This document shows, in pieces, positions 38,090-51,158 of a stretch of 64,000 bases of DNA. Made by a program: the position numbers and the translations under genes. Source of the stretch: Massalongia carnosa (taxonomy: Eukaryota); contig OZ287071.1 in assembly GCA_965645245.1 (NCBI GenBank), forward strand, positions 2,170,001 to 2,234,000, given 5' to 3'. Position 1 is the stretch's first letter, and every line of letters starts with the position of its first letter. The notes below the pieces were generated by a model. The model saw only the letters and a program-made list of their open reading frames with translations, was not told the DNA's origin and did not search any database.

Positions 38090-39618
38090 TTTTCCTATTT
38101 CCCACAAATCTTTCGAGCCAGGAAGTTCACGGGAAATATCTGTCTTTTTTCCTCTTACAAAGTATTAGAGTCTTCTGAGCGTCTGGGTCCCTATCGATCA
38201 ATTAGAGCGATGCTGATACCGCCGACAACGACGCCGCCAACGAAGTGCTCTCGGGTTGGTGGCGAAGGTCGGCGCTCGAGGAAGAGAACGAGTCTTGACA
38301 ACAGCCAAAGCGCAAAGAAGTCTTTTTTCTAGAAAGCTGTTACAATCACTTTTTCTTTCGAGTCTCATAAACCCCTTCTTCGCTCTGAAACCGCCTTGTC
38401 CCATTCCAAGAAAACAGAATATAATATCTTAGCCTACCGTCCTCCTCACCGCACCATCCAGTCGCTAAAAAATGGTCATTTAACATAATAAAGACCCTCT
38501 TTCACGAACCCACTCACTCACTTACCTCTCTGTGTTCATGCGCCTTTCCCCAAGCCCCAAGCCCACAGCTCAAACTCGTCCAATGAAGAGTTCAGTATAT
38601 ATAGGTAGTTATCAACGCTATACCGAACTATATATCAAAGCGCAAACTTGTCATCGACTGGTTTAGTACCGGAGGTACCAAAAAGGCTGCCCGAACAGGT
38701 TAGTTGGTGACCTGAAACTCGCTATTCCACAACGGGTAAGCTGGGCGCCACGTAGGAGGTACTCGGTACTTGGTATCTTCTACAATGATAATAGTGGAAA
38801 GGCAACGAGCCCACGAAGGCCAAAAAAATCACAACGGGACAAGTTGATGAAAACAAATAAAACAATCAACAAATCGTAAGAAATGTTTTAAAAAAAGCCA
38901 AGACCTCTCGTGCTTTCTCTCATGTCATGATAAAATATGGCTTAGGTTGATGCAATTCGGCCCCAACGCATAAATCTACAGGCACAGTCCCCCCTTTTCT
39001 CTCCATCCGGTGCCCGCGCAGTCCCTTCCTCAGCAAGGAAAGACAGAAGATTACAAAGACAGGCGGAAGATGGAATTCTCGCCAGCGAAGTTCATTCGGT
39101 TCACCAATTAAGTCCCATCTAATAGCGAGCGCTCCCAAGGATCCTTCCCCCTCAAGCCCTCGGCACCTCGAACCTTCCCCCCCCGGACGCCAGTACGAAA
39201 TAGAACCGAAAAGAACCAGGACATCGCTCGGTATCTCCTGGGCACGCAAGATACGAAGCGGCAGTCATGGCCAAGCGAAAAGGCGTCTCGAAAGCGGGTA
39301 GCTCAGCATATGTACGAGATTCGTGGAGCGCGTGACATTCGTATGTCTCATGAAAGGGGTATGTTGCGCCATGCGGTTGACTATGTATGCCAAGGGAAAA
39401 AAGATGGTTGGTATAGCTCCAATGATCGCCAAGAAAAAAAGCGAGTGCACGGGATTGCGGGAGCTGTGATATTCAAGACAATACATGCAGTGAAGGCGAC
39501 TGTGAAGCTAGAGCGTTTGTGGTACTGTGGTGATGATCGGGCGCAAAGCCATGCGTCATGGGCATATATCTCTCCTAAGGTCCAAGAGTTTGACTGAATG
39601 AAGCAACGGAGATGGCAG

Positions 39619-41929
39619 CTACCTGTGGGTCCAAGCCAGCTTGTAGTCATATGGATCGGCGTATGTGACTAAGTTGCTAGAGCTGTTGCTGGCCACGTCC
39701 ATGACTTGAAACCCTCGTTTCATCTCATTCTCCACGAAATACGCAGCGCGCTTGAAACGCTTGTCGGTGTACTTGTCGAAGATAGCCGCGTGATGCTTCT
39801 GGGGATTCTCGCAGCACTCCACCATGAGCATGACCAAACCGAAGAGCTGGGAATAAGTATAGTTGGAATAATAGACGTGCGCCGGGGACTAAAGCGGTCA
39901 GTGCCATCTCGAAAGCGAATTGGGGGGTGCTATCATACCCAGGTGCCCTTCTTGAGCATCATTCGAGCCAGGCAATGTGCTCCAGCAGCGGCAAAGCTTG
40001 GCGGGCTACCGATGAATCGCTCGTCCATGATGGTTACTTCCAGGAAATATTTGGCGAGCGTGCGAGTCTCCAGATCATAGTCGTCCGCTTTGCTGATTCT
40101 TCTCAAGAAGCTCATCGGACCGGGCCAGCCGAGTTCGAATTGTAGCATGCTAAGCATAAAACGTTCCGCTTTCAGGATTTCGTCCACTGTGTACCCACCG
40201 TCTACCATATAAACGATTTCCTGGACCGATGGACAGTTGATCTCTTCGTACTTGGCGGCAACAAAGATGGCTGTAGCACCCACGAGTTGAAGCTTCCCAA
40301 GAGACACAATCTTGCAGGATAGAAATCGATCGATGTAGTTGACACAGAGGAAAAGAGTTTCCGGCAGAAGGTTGAACCGATGATGGACCTGGACCAACCA
40401 GTCCATGAGGACAGAGCGCATCGACCATTGAATCTCGGCTTGATTGTCCATATAATGAGCGTTGGGCAGCATCTTGATCTGAATGTATGGTTAGCCCAGG
40501 CCCCGAGAATCCAGAGCAATACTCGCCTCGAGGTCTTTCATGTACTGGAATATTTCGTCTCCGTACTCAGCCACCATGGTGGTATCCCATGATTCATCAT
40601 CGATATCTTCAGTTGTTCTCGTGCTCTCTATCAGCTCCTTGGCTGCGGCAAGCTCTCGTTTCACCTTTTGGTTGACTTTGGGAAAGAAAACTGTAGTCGC
40701 GCCGCTCGTGGTGTTTTCTCCGCGCGACTTATATGATCGAGCTGTAACATACCCATCTTCATCGTAGTTCTCCTCCTCCTCTTCTTCGTCCCAGCACTCT
40801 TCAGGCTCCGAAACAGATGTAAGTCGATGTTTACGAGCGGGTTCAGGTTGTGTTATTTCCAGCTCCGCGTCCCGCAGAAGCTTTAGAGAAGATCCGTCCG
40901 CCACCTTCGTCTCTGCAGGAAGAATCACACGATTGTCTCGCATCAAAGCAGGCCCCTTTACTGCATCTGTATCATCAGAATACTGATAAAACTGAACATC
41001 GCCACGATCGTCGATATAGACGCCATCAGACCGAATCGCAGGAGCCTCGGTGGCATCTGATATACTCAATGTGCTAATTTCATCTTCGCGAGGTTCCGAT
41101 GCGGCAATGTGCTGACTCTTTGTTCGCCGCACTTTGGCTTGGGGCTCATTCACTTCATCTCGCGTTTTTACTTCCAGCCGCGATGCTATCTCCTGTTGGA
41201 CCCGAGCGATAGCGGTCGTAGACGAGATAGGTCGGTGGAGGTCTGACGCGTGGTCAGGCTGTGTGGGTAAGTGATCTTTGAATACGCCCATGTTCCGTTT
41301 AGTGAGGACTTTGCGTGTATTGGCCGCCTGAACTGATGGTTGTACTGATTGGTGTATCTCCAGCAGAGGTTGCTTCGTGGGGACTACGTGGCTGGAGTTT
41401 GTGACATTGCTAAGAAGACTCTTTAATCCCGAGACCGACAGAGGGCGCTGAGCAGGTCGTAGCAATGCTGTGGCTTTCTTTTCTGGTTGCAAGAGCCCAG
41501 GTTTCTCCATAATACTCAGCTCGCCCTTTGCACCCAGAGCAGAGTCGTCTTTGCTTGGTCGTACAAAGTTTGAAATATTGCTGACGTCACCAAAGGCGGT
41601 ACGCTTCGCTGCAGCTTTTAACCCGCCAACATGAGCCATTGACGAGAGCGCAGGGCTTGATTTGTTTCGCTGATGAAGTGTTTTATGAGGAATAACGGAC
41701 GGCATTATGTTCTCATCCGCATAGACGCGTGTCGCTCGATTCGGTCTCTGAGGCTGTTAAACATAGAATGATTTAGTAATGAGAACTTCCATATCGTAAA
41801 TTGCCGTCATCAGCAGAAGATGCGGGGGTGAATAAAAGAGGTCAGGGGGTGAACCCATCAAAGAGTCGACGTGTAGCTTTTCCTATTGAGCATCTATTGA
41901 AGGCACCATCAACATACCTTGGCATCCAT
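39619..41929 (-). CDS. CLB3: G2/M B-type cyclin (Clb3-like)
   Basis: Exons 41929-41918, 41753-40527, 40478-39939, 39888-39619. D-box RTAFGDVSN, MVAEYGDEIFQYM, cyclin box MRSVLMDWLVQVH...LPETLFL...KLQLVG..AAKYEEI, FLRRISKADDYD. Confidence 0.93.
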
Positions 41930-44900
41930 GATGAATTAACGCGTTCACGATCAAGCATAAGACTGTTGGTTCAATTCGTAGAGATTCTGGAGCCTGCTGT
42001 GACGGTCTGCCAGCAATGCTATGAGTTAGCGATGAACTGAACCATCGATGGTCGAATGACATACCTTTGCGCAGACTCAATTCTTACCTGAAGTGAGAAT
42101 AACGGTCTGATGAACCAACTTCGTGATAGATGGGTTGGGGTTAAAGGTATTGCATGAAGAGTAGCAAATACATTATTGTTGTTGACAATTCCCCAACAAG
42201 CCACAAGGAAACAGGAAACTTTCTTGTTCGTTTACTTTCACCGTGTCCCCTGGCGACAAAGGTCGCGCTAATTATCGCGCTAGTGCTAGCACTCCCGTTG
42301 TTTAGCTACAACAAGTAGCAACAACCACGTCACCCAACGACCGAGTATAAAAATCACATCCTGTCGCAACTAACCATTGTGTTGTCAAACTCGTTATAAC
42401 TTAGATCAATATTCAGCCTAAGACTTTGCGATTTATATGGAAGGCCCTTGGCTCAAAATCTTTCCATATCGTCTTCTTCTAGGCTACATCCAGTTCCGGG
42501 GAACCTCGGAAAGTTTGGACGTGTCTGAAACACGAAGTCACATGACTTCAATATCCCAAATGAGAGTAGTGCTCTCTGACCCTGAGCGGATTCAAGTCGT
42601 ATCAGTTCGCCTACTACACCTTCTCTCGAAACACACTTCCGAGACTTAACTTGTTGGGTTGATATGGTACATGCAACATATCTTTTCTTGACAAAGAGCA
42701 GAAATTTCGAGGAGTTAATAATCACCCGATCCAAATTGGACTATCATACCTATCATGAGCATAACTAGCCTGCCTGAACACAACCTGTCAGGTGCGATCA
42801 ACACACATAAACCTCACATACTCAGCGGTTTGCAGTTATGCTTCGTCATATTCGCAGTACCTTCAAGAGGGAGTAACTTGTGACGCAGGCCCTGGAGTAG
42901 CATGCTTCCCTCTTCTTACCTAAAGCAATGTTGTAAATGCGCACCCGTGCAACCGCGGGCACTGTTTCCGGTTTCTCGGCTGGTTCTTGGTGTGACCGAT
43001 GTCAAGCATTAGGTGATCATATGCCTGGTACTCGGACTTACGCAAGGTAGGTAATGTCATCATTGGCATCAAAATAGAATGAATGCGCTCCTAGCCACCC
43101 AAAGAGTCGTGATATAATAACACTTGCCATATGAACGTGTTGCAGCAGTTGACCTCGTGAAAGAGAAGAAGATCTTTGACATCAAACCCATCATCATGAA
43201 TGAATTTCGTACAATGACTTAATCCAGGATGATCGGTACCTATCTATGTAAACCACTCATGCGCATGGGAATTCATATCCTGGCGGAAAAAAGAAGACCA
43301 AGACCAACAGAGTGTTAGTGCAAGAGGATGTCTAGCATGCTTTACTGATGGTCGATCTCTTTCCATCAAGCGATTCGGTCCGGATTCATGCAAAGCCTAT
43401 CATTGCGCTATATTTTGGTCGCTTTTGCTTGGCTTTGGGCAGTCAGAATAAATAGGGTACCAGTACACATCGATGAAACTTTCGGCGCAAAGGTAAATCA
43501 ATGTCCACAAAAGATGGAACTCACGCAAGCTTCGATCCATTCCCAAGCGAAACCTTTGACAAACCAAGGTCGCGTCTGCTAAAGGAAAGAAGCCGTATGC
43601 GCCGGGCATTGCGAACGAGAAAACCGAGCGAGGTGGATCGAGTTTCATCATGTGAGAACCTATGGTGTTGTATATGTACAAAGTAGGTGTTGGAATACAT
43701 CCGGCGCATCGCCCTTCTCTGTCGGACCAGCAGCGCAACCCCAAGCCGTTGTCAAAGTTCAGCGGCTTTGTCGCTGACTGGGTACGCGGGCCCATGATTC
43801 GGATTGGTTCGATTGAACGCCTTCGCCCACCAGCATTTCCCGGCTTTCACAGAAAAGGTTGACATGGTGGGGTGAGTTGTGATTAGTTCTCACTTGGAGG
43901 GCAAGATAACTAGATAGCTGCAGCAGCATCGGACAGAACCAGTAAGCTCGTTCTAAGTTTTGCTTAGGGGGACTCTCTTTTTCGAAGGTGCGTGCGAGAA
44001 GTAGAGGACAACAATAGTTGAATAGTCCACCTGACCCATCAAACAATAAATATCCCGTGTACTTGGTACATGCAGCTGATATGGAGCGTGCAAAACGTAG
44101 GCACGGATGGGATGCGCTTCATTCACCCTCTTTGGGTAGTTACTCTGTAAACTGGATGTAATTGGGATAATGGAGAGAGCAATAGATGATTACACTTCAT
44201 GCGCAAACCCCATCCTTTCAGTTTACAACAAGTGTACTCTGTACTTGTAAGGACCGAGAGCCCATTCTTCATTCTTCACCGGATACAATTCCTAGCCTTT
44301 TAGGGAGGGTACATGATGCATAATTCAAAACACCCATAGGGCTGGTGAAAAGAGGTGGGTGGGTGATGCCCTTCGCTTCCCATCTCTTCCTCTTTCAATT
44401 CATCCAACCCCAAACCCTTCCAAACATCCATCGCCGTCGTTCAGAGGGTGACACTTCGTAAGTTTTGGTTCTCTATTCAGCTGATCATATGATATATCCC
44501 ACACCTCTAATATCTCTCCAACCATCAATTCCTACAGTCAGGAGTCACTTTCTACACCATTGACGCTCCCCTTGATCTGCGAAAGGCATCTCAGTGTCTA
44601 GGACAAGCATCGCCCCAAGGGGCATGCCAGTCGTTCCGGAAGCCTTTCTAGTGAGTGCTTTTGACTTCTCTAACTTTCGCGATCAAATGAAGGGTATAAC
44701 TCGTCAAGTTTCTCCTTCCTTCGTCACATCCCTTGACTTCTCGGTCGGTTTGGCTTGCTATTGAGTCAACGCATTCCATAACCTTGGACTGCCCAGGTCA
44801 CAAAACTTCAGTAACACCATTCCAAGTGGCTCATAACAGGCTACACTGTTTGGGGTTTACATCGCTGACTGTTCGAATTTCTTGAAGATACAGATTGTCC

Positions 44901-45026
44901 CTATCACCCGAGCTTGTGCGACAAGCCCCAACCGCGAGTCTTCCAAGATTGCCAGAACCAAATATCCACCTTTCTCAAAGATAATCTACACCCTTGGTAC
45001 ACCGCAAATCCAGTTCACTCAATATT

Positions 45027-47305
45027 ATGGATGTATCAAACCTCATTTCGCATGATGCTCCTCGGGAAGTCCGGCGCCAGCACATCAGCGACATTGCACC
45101 TCAACAGGAGCAACAACGATTCCATCCATATTCAACACGTCATGCAGCGATGAACAACGGCCAGCCTCATGCTAATCAGGCCTTTACTACTCCTTCAGTG
45201 GGTCAACCACAGAATGGGAATAACCAGGGTGTGTCGACTGGATTTGAGCATTCTCTGGCTAGCCCCACTCCGAAAAATGTCACCTTTGAGCTGCTGTTTG
45301 AGGGCAATACCAATTATCGAGCGCGTCTGCCGATGAGGGTACAGATATTTCCCCACGATACCACTGATTCAATTGTCACTACAGTGAAAAACTTTTATGG
45401 CCTTTACGAGGGTGCTGCAACGGGCGTTAGCTTTGAAGATGATCAAGGAAATACTCTCATCGCGAGATATGAAAACTTCCGGAACAACATGGTCGTTTAT
45501 GTCAGAGTTGTTATCGATTACACTCAGTCAACGCAACCGAACGGGCATGTTGCGTATCATTCAGCGTCGCCCCACAGTAACCACAGGATACCCCATCCTG
45601 ACGATGCCCTTCAAATGCTTCCCCCACAACCTGCACAGGCACCTAGCTATGGTCACCCACCCTCTCGACCATCATCTCGCATTGCTCGAAAGCGCAGCCC
45701 ATCCCCTCGTGTTGGGAGGAGTCGGCGCAGTGCTTCCGTACAGAAACAACGATCTCGAGCTGCAGTCAAGAGCCGTGAGGCGAGTGCGCACGGAAATCTA
45801 GACGAGCTGAACAGCGACGCGATCAATGGGTACAGCAGTAGTGATGGTGGAGCCGGTTCTGTAACGAGCTCTCGCAAAGCTCGCAGTGAACTTGCTAGCG
45901 CCGAGATTAGTCTAGACAATATTCTCGAAGGGGGTAGAAGGAAACGGGCCAAATTTGAAAGCTCGGTATGTGCAACCTAGCGTGAGCCAGTTCTCATTGT
46001 TGCTAACCTATGGATTTCGTTCAGGAACTGCCGTTATTTGTGCCTCCCCAAGTGCCTGCGCCCAACTCGGTCTCCTCCATCTCTCCACAAAGGCAATCGA
46101 ACGGCCAAGATAATCCATCCCAATTCGCTCGACCTGCGCAACGACCTTCTGCGTTCAGCCAGCCTTTACAGTCCCCGCAGAGTTACGGTCATAATGAGAA
46201 TGCGCACGGTATAAACCTTTCAAGCGGTGTTGCACATGCAACACCCTCAGTTCAGCATTCACATCGCCTTCGCGAGCGTGTGAACGTTCCATACGTGACT
46301 AGTCGAACCTCCAGCATATCAACACCTCGCGGACAAGGGTTTGGTATTCTCCCCACCCCTGATCCCACCATTGCTAGCTGCATTTCCGACGAGGATGTCG
46401 CATTGCAGCTAATGCGCCTTGGGGATGCCTCAAACATCTCGCATGGACGTACATCAGCTTCTACTTTAGACGACGCCCTGAGTGGTCGCGCTGATATCGC
46501 CTCTTCTGCTTCAAGCGAAAGCGGCGACGGTAGCGCCACCACAGAACAACCTTCACTGCCCCTGCCGTCCATCCAGCCCAAGCCAGAGAATAGCCCAATC
46601 ACTCTTCCAGGATCAATCAAGAGACATTATAAGCATCTCAACGAGGAGCCGCCTAGCTTTGACAGTACCGAACCAAGTGGTGACGAGGTTGATGGAGATT
46701 ATATATATGATGAAAAGAAGGATGGTGTTTTCAAGAGTGATCCGGAGGACATGGAAAAAGATTTTAGTCAACTAGGAAGATCACCGGTGGCTGGGCTTAA
46801 ATCCCACCCAGGAGGCGTTCAAAAGTCACGTACTAACGGCGTTAAGAAGACATTCAAATCCACAAAACCAAGACCTGTTGCTATCTCCAAGAAGACTAAA
46901 TCGTCATCTCTTTTGAATGGATTTAAGCCTCCCATGTCGCCCGCCTCGCTAACTGCACAATCTCGGAAAACGTCTTCAGCGTCTACTCTCAATTTTCAGC
47001 ACCAACTTGGCGCTGACGAAGAAGACCTGTCGTCCAAGCCACGTTGCCAACGTTGTCGAAAGAGTAAAAAGGGCTGTGATCGCCAGCGTCCGTGCCAACG
47101 TTGTCAAGATGCTGGTATCGGAGCTGAGGGCTGCGTGAGTGAGGATGAAGGCAATGGCCGAAAAGGTCGATTTGGTCGACATATGGGCGTCTCTGTCAAA
47201 AAGGATCATCGAGATTTGGTCGCCACGAACGATCTTGAGACCCATGGCTCCATGGGAATCGGATCAGCTGTGAGCTTGGAGAAGAGTAAGAAAAGAAAGC
47301 GATAG
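45027..47305 (+). CDS. Zn(II)2Cys6 transcription factor with C-terminal zinc cluster
   Basis: Exons 45027-45965 and 46025-47305. CQRCRKSKKGCDRQRPCQRCQDAGIGAEGC near the C-terminus and a basic tail KSKKRKR. Confidence 0.9.
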
Positions 47306-48577
47306 CGTTGCTAAAATTGTCCCTGCTCAATGGAAAAGGATAATTCAAATCACGCTCTCCTTCATGTTGGCGCATCTCCGGCACTTGTCATTCCTGCCTC
47401 CACTGCATTAATCGAGACATATCCATTTGTGAGAGCTATGTCTCCGATGCAAGAGGTTTGCGCACAGCTGAGCAAATGGTTGGGTCCTTCGAATTTACAA
47501 ATCATGTCAATCTGAAAAAAATCGACTTCCAGGACGAATACTTGGAAACCTAACCCCTTTTACTACACCGTACAGATCTCAAAAAAGCATCTCGACCCAA
47601 AGCTTAGGCTCAGCCATCCTTTGCGTTGCGAATTCCGTGCAACCGCCAAAAGTTTGATTCCTCAGGCTTTCCTTTCCAAGTCTTCTGATGGATGGATGTT
47701 GGATAGGCGCTGTGGGCTGAGTCGCATGTTCATCTTCCGTCACCCCTTGATAGTTATCCTTCTACGCTTGCTTTCTCTTGCTACAAAAGCCATTTCGTTT
47801 GTGTTTTCGTGTTCTTTGATGCCAGCGTGTTGCTTCTGGGGGGTTAGGTTGGGGGCTAGGGGCCAGGATTTGGTACTAGGGTAGGAGGGAAAGGGGGTGG
47901 GATGGGATATTACGATCACACCTTTTGTGGCGGGGGCTGCTGAGAATGTTTAACTAACGACTGCATACGAATCTCACTATGGTACTTCGATTCTAGGGCT
48001 TGTTCCCTGTATACATTCCGAACAATTTTTGCGATGGTAATGTTTCGTTGAACGCGTAGTATTTACCACCCAAGTAAACAGGCGTGTCGCAGGCTCATGC
48101 CTTCTTTCCAAAGGCGTATGTATCAGGGATTATATTGGAAGACAGATATGACATCGTGAGCACTAAACATATCCGGTCGGTAACCCGACAGATTGTCGAG
48201 TTAATCCTGAAGCGCATCATCTCGTGAGCTGACGACATGTGACGAGGGGGATGGCATGACGTTGATTTAGAGTTGTTCCTGCCCACGCCACGGAAAGGAA
48301 AAGGTGAGTCCGAGGGCTCACGACTTACCCATAGAGAAGGTTTACCCGAGCACACTGGGATCTGCACTCGCTTCGCTTTGGGGGCTAATCATGAATTTAA
48401 CGCTTAGGTAATCGCAAGTCATTGGAAATCCGCAGGCAGTTGATTACCTGAAATTGGCTTTCTTATTAAAATGCAGCTGCGCAAAGCATGCGCAAAAGTT
48501 CTGATGAACGATTTCTTAGTCTGATATACAAAGGAAACAATGAGGGTTTAACTGGGAACATATAGCTGACATCTAAA

Positions 48578-50692
48578 ATGCCTCCAAAAACTAGACCCCG
48601 TAAACAACCGGCTCGGGGCACTGCTAGAGCAGAAGCGGCCAGTGAGTTCGCGAATGTTCCGTCGACCAAAGAAGCTCTGCAGCTAGATGGTCAGCTTCCT
48701 AGCGCATCACCAGGCTCAAGTAAGACCGCTGCACCAGAACAATCGACGCTTCCGAACGTAACGCAAAGCTCTGAACTATCTTCAGCCGTCACTGCTGCCC
48801 CTGGATCGCCACCTCGACAGCCGCCGCAACGTCTTGCTTCTTTGCGAGCTCAAAGAGCTGCTGGTGCAAACGTATCGACTGAAGCTCCAAGTGGCCGAGC
48901 CGGTGGTCTAAAATATCAACCGGGGAGTTATGTTCGTCGTAGCAAAGAGGAACGAGAGGCATTGGAAAGAGCCGAGGCTGAGCGTAGACAGTCTAGACTT
49001 GCCGAAGGAGGGAATCATGTACCTTCTAGTGGCCGGGGAGGACTTCAAGGCAGAGGTGGAAGAGGAATGTTCCGGGGAGGAATAGATAGATTCAGGAGCG
49101 GGGAGGCTAGTGGAGCTCTGGGGGGCAGCTCGGTTTCGGAAGGGAGAGGGAGAAAGAATCCTCGTGCTGGCGGATTGCTCTCGGGACTCTCGACATCCGC
49201 AAGGTCTGCAATCACAAGAGCCGGCGCATCGGGCTTCAAAAGGGAATCTGGCGGAAATGCGGAGAAAGACAAGGACGGAGATGTTGTAATGGGGATGGCT
49301 ACGAAGGGAAGTCGACCCGCTATCAAAAAAGAGGATCAAGGCCCGACATACGTTTCCTCAGACGAGGAACCTGACTTGGCTGAAGGCCCGAGGGTCAACA
49401 TCGAGCACATAAATCTAGTCAGCGACGAGGAATCAGACACCGAGAAACGCGGAGCCTCAGCCCATGAAAAAGGCAAGGAGCCCGAGAAGGAGTTTAAAAT
49501 ACCACCATGGACCCTCAAACCCGTCCGAATTGACAGGCATGAGCATATTGAAAAGACCGCAGGCGTCAACACGGATGCAAGCTCCCTTACCTCGGCAGAA
49601 CTGCGACGTCGAGCAAAAGAGAAGGGGGATGCGGAGGGTAGTCTGTTTCTCCCTGACGATGATGAGCCAAAGGGGTCGAGGACGGGTAAATCACACCCGA
49701 GAGCGAAGCTAAAGGATGTGGAATTTGTTCGCGACGAAAGGCGCTGGAAAGGGGTTTACCAGGATGATGATGACAACGGCGTGGAGCCTAGCATCAAACC
49801 CGAGCCCCCGGACCACGACCATATGGCGTTGGACAACGCGCCGCAATCCTTAGCTGCGGATTCGGAAGCCGTAGCTCCGGGCGCTGATCATTACGAACCC
49901 CCTTCAACGGGAGCGCTAAACCCGCTCCCCATGAAAAAACGTTCCCATAAATCCATATCGAAATTGCATAAACCCGTCCTCCAAACCCTGGAAGACCGTC
50001 AAGAGTGGGCCCGCTACGAAGAAGATCTCCGCATCCTCAGCGAGGAACTCGGCCCCAACCCGAAATCCGAGACACCTCATCCTTCCCTCTCCGCGGCCGA
50101 CGGCGGAGGAATCATCCAATCCAACAGCGCCACCGATGACCCGGCCAAAGATAAACGCGAGGGCCTGGTGTACCTCTTTCAACTCCCGCCCCTGATGCCC
50201 AAACTTCTCCCCGCGGCCGAAAAAGCCCTTCTCCTATCCCTCACCAAAGCTGACCAAAATCATGAACCTCATCAAGCCCCCACTAAAATACCTCTTAAAA
50301 ACACCCTAAACACCGAACCCCCACCCCCCCCAAAACCCAAATCCGACCCCGACGAACCTTTCCCCAATCAACCTAACACCACCCTCCTCGCCCCCCATCC
50401 ACCACCGCCTAGCGGCCGCATCGGAAAACTCTGCCTCCATAGCACCGGCCGCGTGACTGCTACCTGGGGTTGGGGCTCGGGTTCAGATACGGGTTGTAAC
50501 TTGGAACTCGGCCGCGCCGGGGGCGTGGCGGGGGGGATGTTGCAGGAGGTAATAATGGTGGAACATCAGGATGAGCTGAAGAGGGGAGGGGTAGACAAGG
50601 CAGAGAGGGGGGAACGGGGGAACGGGTGGGCTATTGGGGGTTTGGCAGGGGGGTTTGTGGCAATGCCGGATTGGGGGACAATGATTGGATGA
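48578..50692 (+). CDS. RPC53: RNA polymerase III subunit RPC4/C53
   Basis: 704-aa ORF with a disordered charged N-terminal part and a C-terminal RPC4 domain signature: VYLFQLPPLMP...GRIGKLCLHSTGRVTATWG...GGFVAMPDW. Confidence 0.8.
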   Translation: MPPKTRPRKQPARGTARAEAASEFANVPSTKEALQLDGQLPSASPGSSKTAAPEQSTLPNVTQSSELSSAVTAAPGSPPRQPPQRLASLRAQRAAGANVSTEAPSGRAGGLKYQPGSYVRRSKEEREALERAEAERRQSRLAEGGNHVPSSGRGGLQGRGGRGMFRGGIDRFRSGEASGALGGSSVSEGRGRKNPRAGGLLSGLSTSARSAITRAGASGFKRESGGNAEKDKDGDVVMGMATKGSRPAIKKEDQGPTYVSSDEEPDLAEGPRVNIEHINLVSDEESDTEKRGASAHEKGKEPEKEFKIPPWTLKPVRIDRHEHIEKTAGVNTDASSLTSAELRRRAKEKGDAEGSLFLPDDDEPKGSRTGKSHPRAKLKDVEFVRDERRWKGVYQDDDDNGVEPSIKPEPPDHDHMALDNAPQSLAADSEAVAPGADHYEPPSTGALNPLPMKKRSHKSISKLHKPVLQTLEDRQEWARYEEDLRILSEELGPNPKSETPHPSLSAADGGGIIQSNSATDDPAKDKREGLVYLFQLPPLMPKLLPAAEKALLLSLTKADQNHEPHQAPTKIPLKNTLNTEPPPPPKPKSDPDEPFPNQPNTTLLAPHPPPPSGRIGKLCLHSTGRVTATWGWGSGSDTGCNLELGRAGGVAGGMLQEVIMVEHQDELKRGGVDKAERGERGNGWAIGGLAGGFVAMPDWGTMIG

Positions 50693-51158
50693 GCCTTTTT
50701 GTTCTGGGCTGCTTGCGCTGCTCGGTTTTGGACGATACAGGGAACTTGGCTGCATTGCACGCGGAGTTCGCTATCGATTAGCTTTTGGAGGGGGAAAAAT
50801 GCATTACGTAAAGAATTTTCCCAAATAGAAGGAGACCGGCTTGAGCTTGTGCTCGCACAATACGTACTGGTAACTACGAGCTGGAAAATGGTGTGCACCT
50901 TGCTGAAGCTAGGGAAGTGGCAGAGTTAGGCTCTCAGCCACATAACGCTAACGGAAGGCTAACGTTAACTAGCTAGTGGCTTGATTGTGGCGCTGCAATG
51001 TGGCGATTATGGCTGGCCCTTTCGAGGTCTAGTGAGGGTAGGCATGTATCCTCATTCCCTCCTAGGTATCTACGTGCTCGACGTCTTAAACGGCTTATTC
51101 ATCGTCCCCGAACAATGCCTTGAGTTTAGGGCATGAGAGGGGATATATACCTTTCTCG

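Noticed and set aside
41939..42290. ACGCGT and CGCG / GTAAAC motifs upstream of the cyclin
   Set aside because: Plausible MCB or forkhead sites but too short to support without conservation data.
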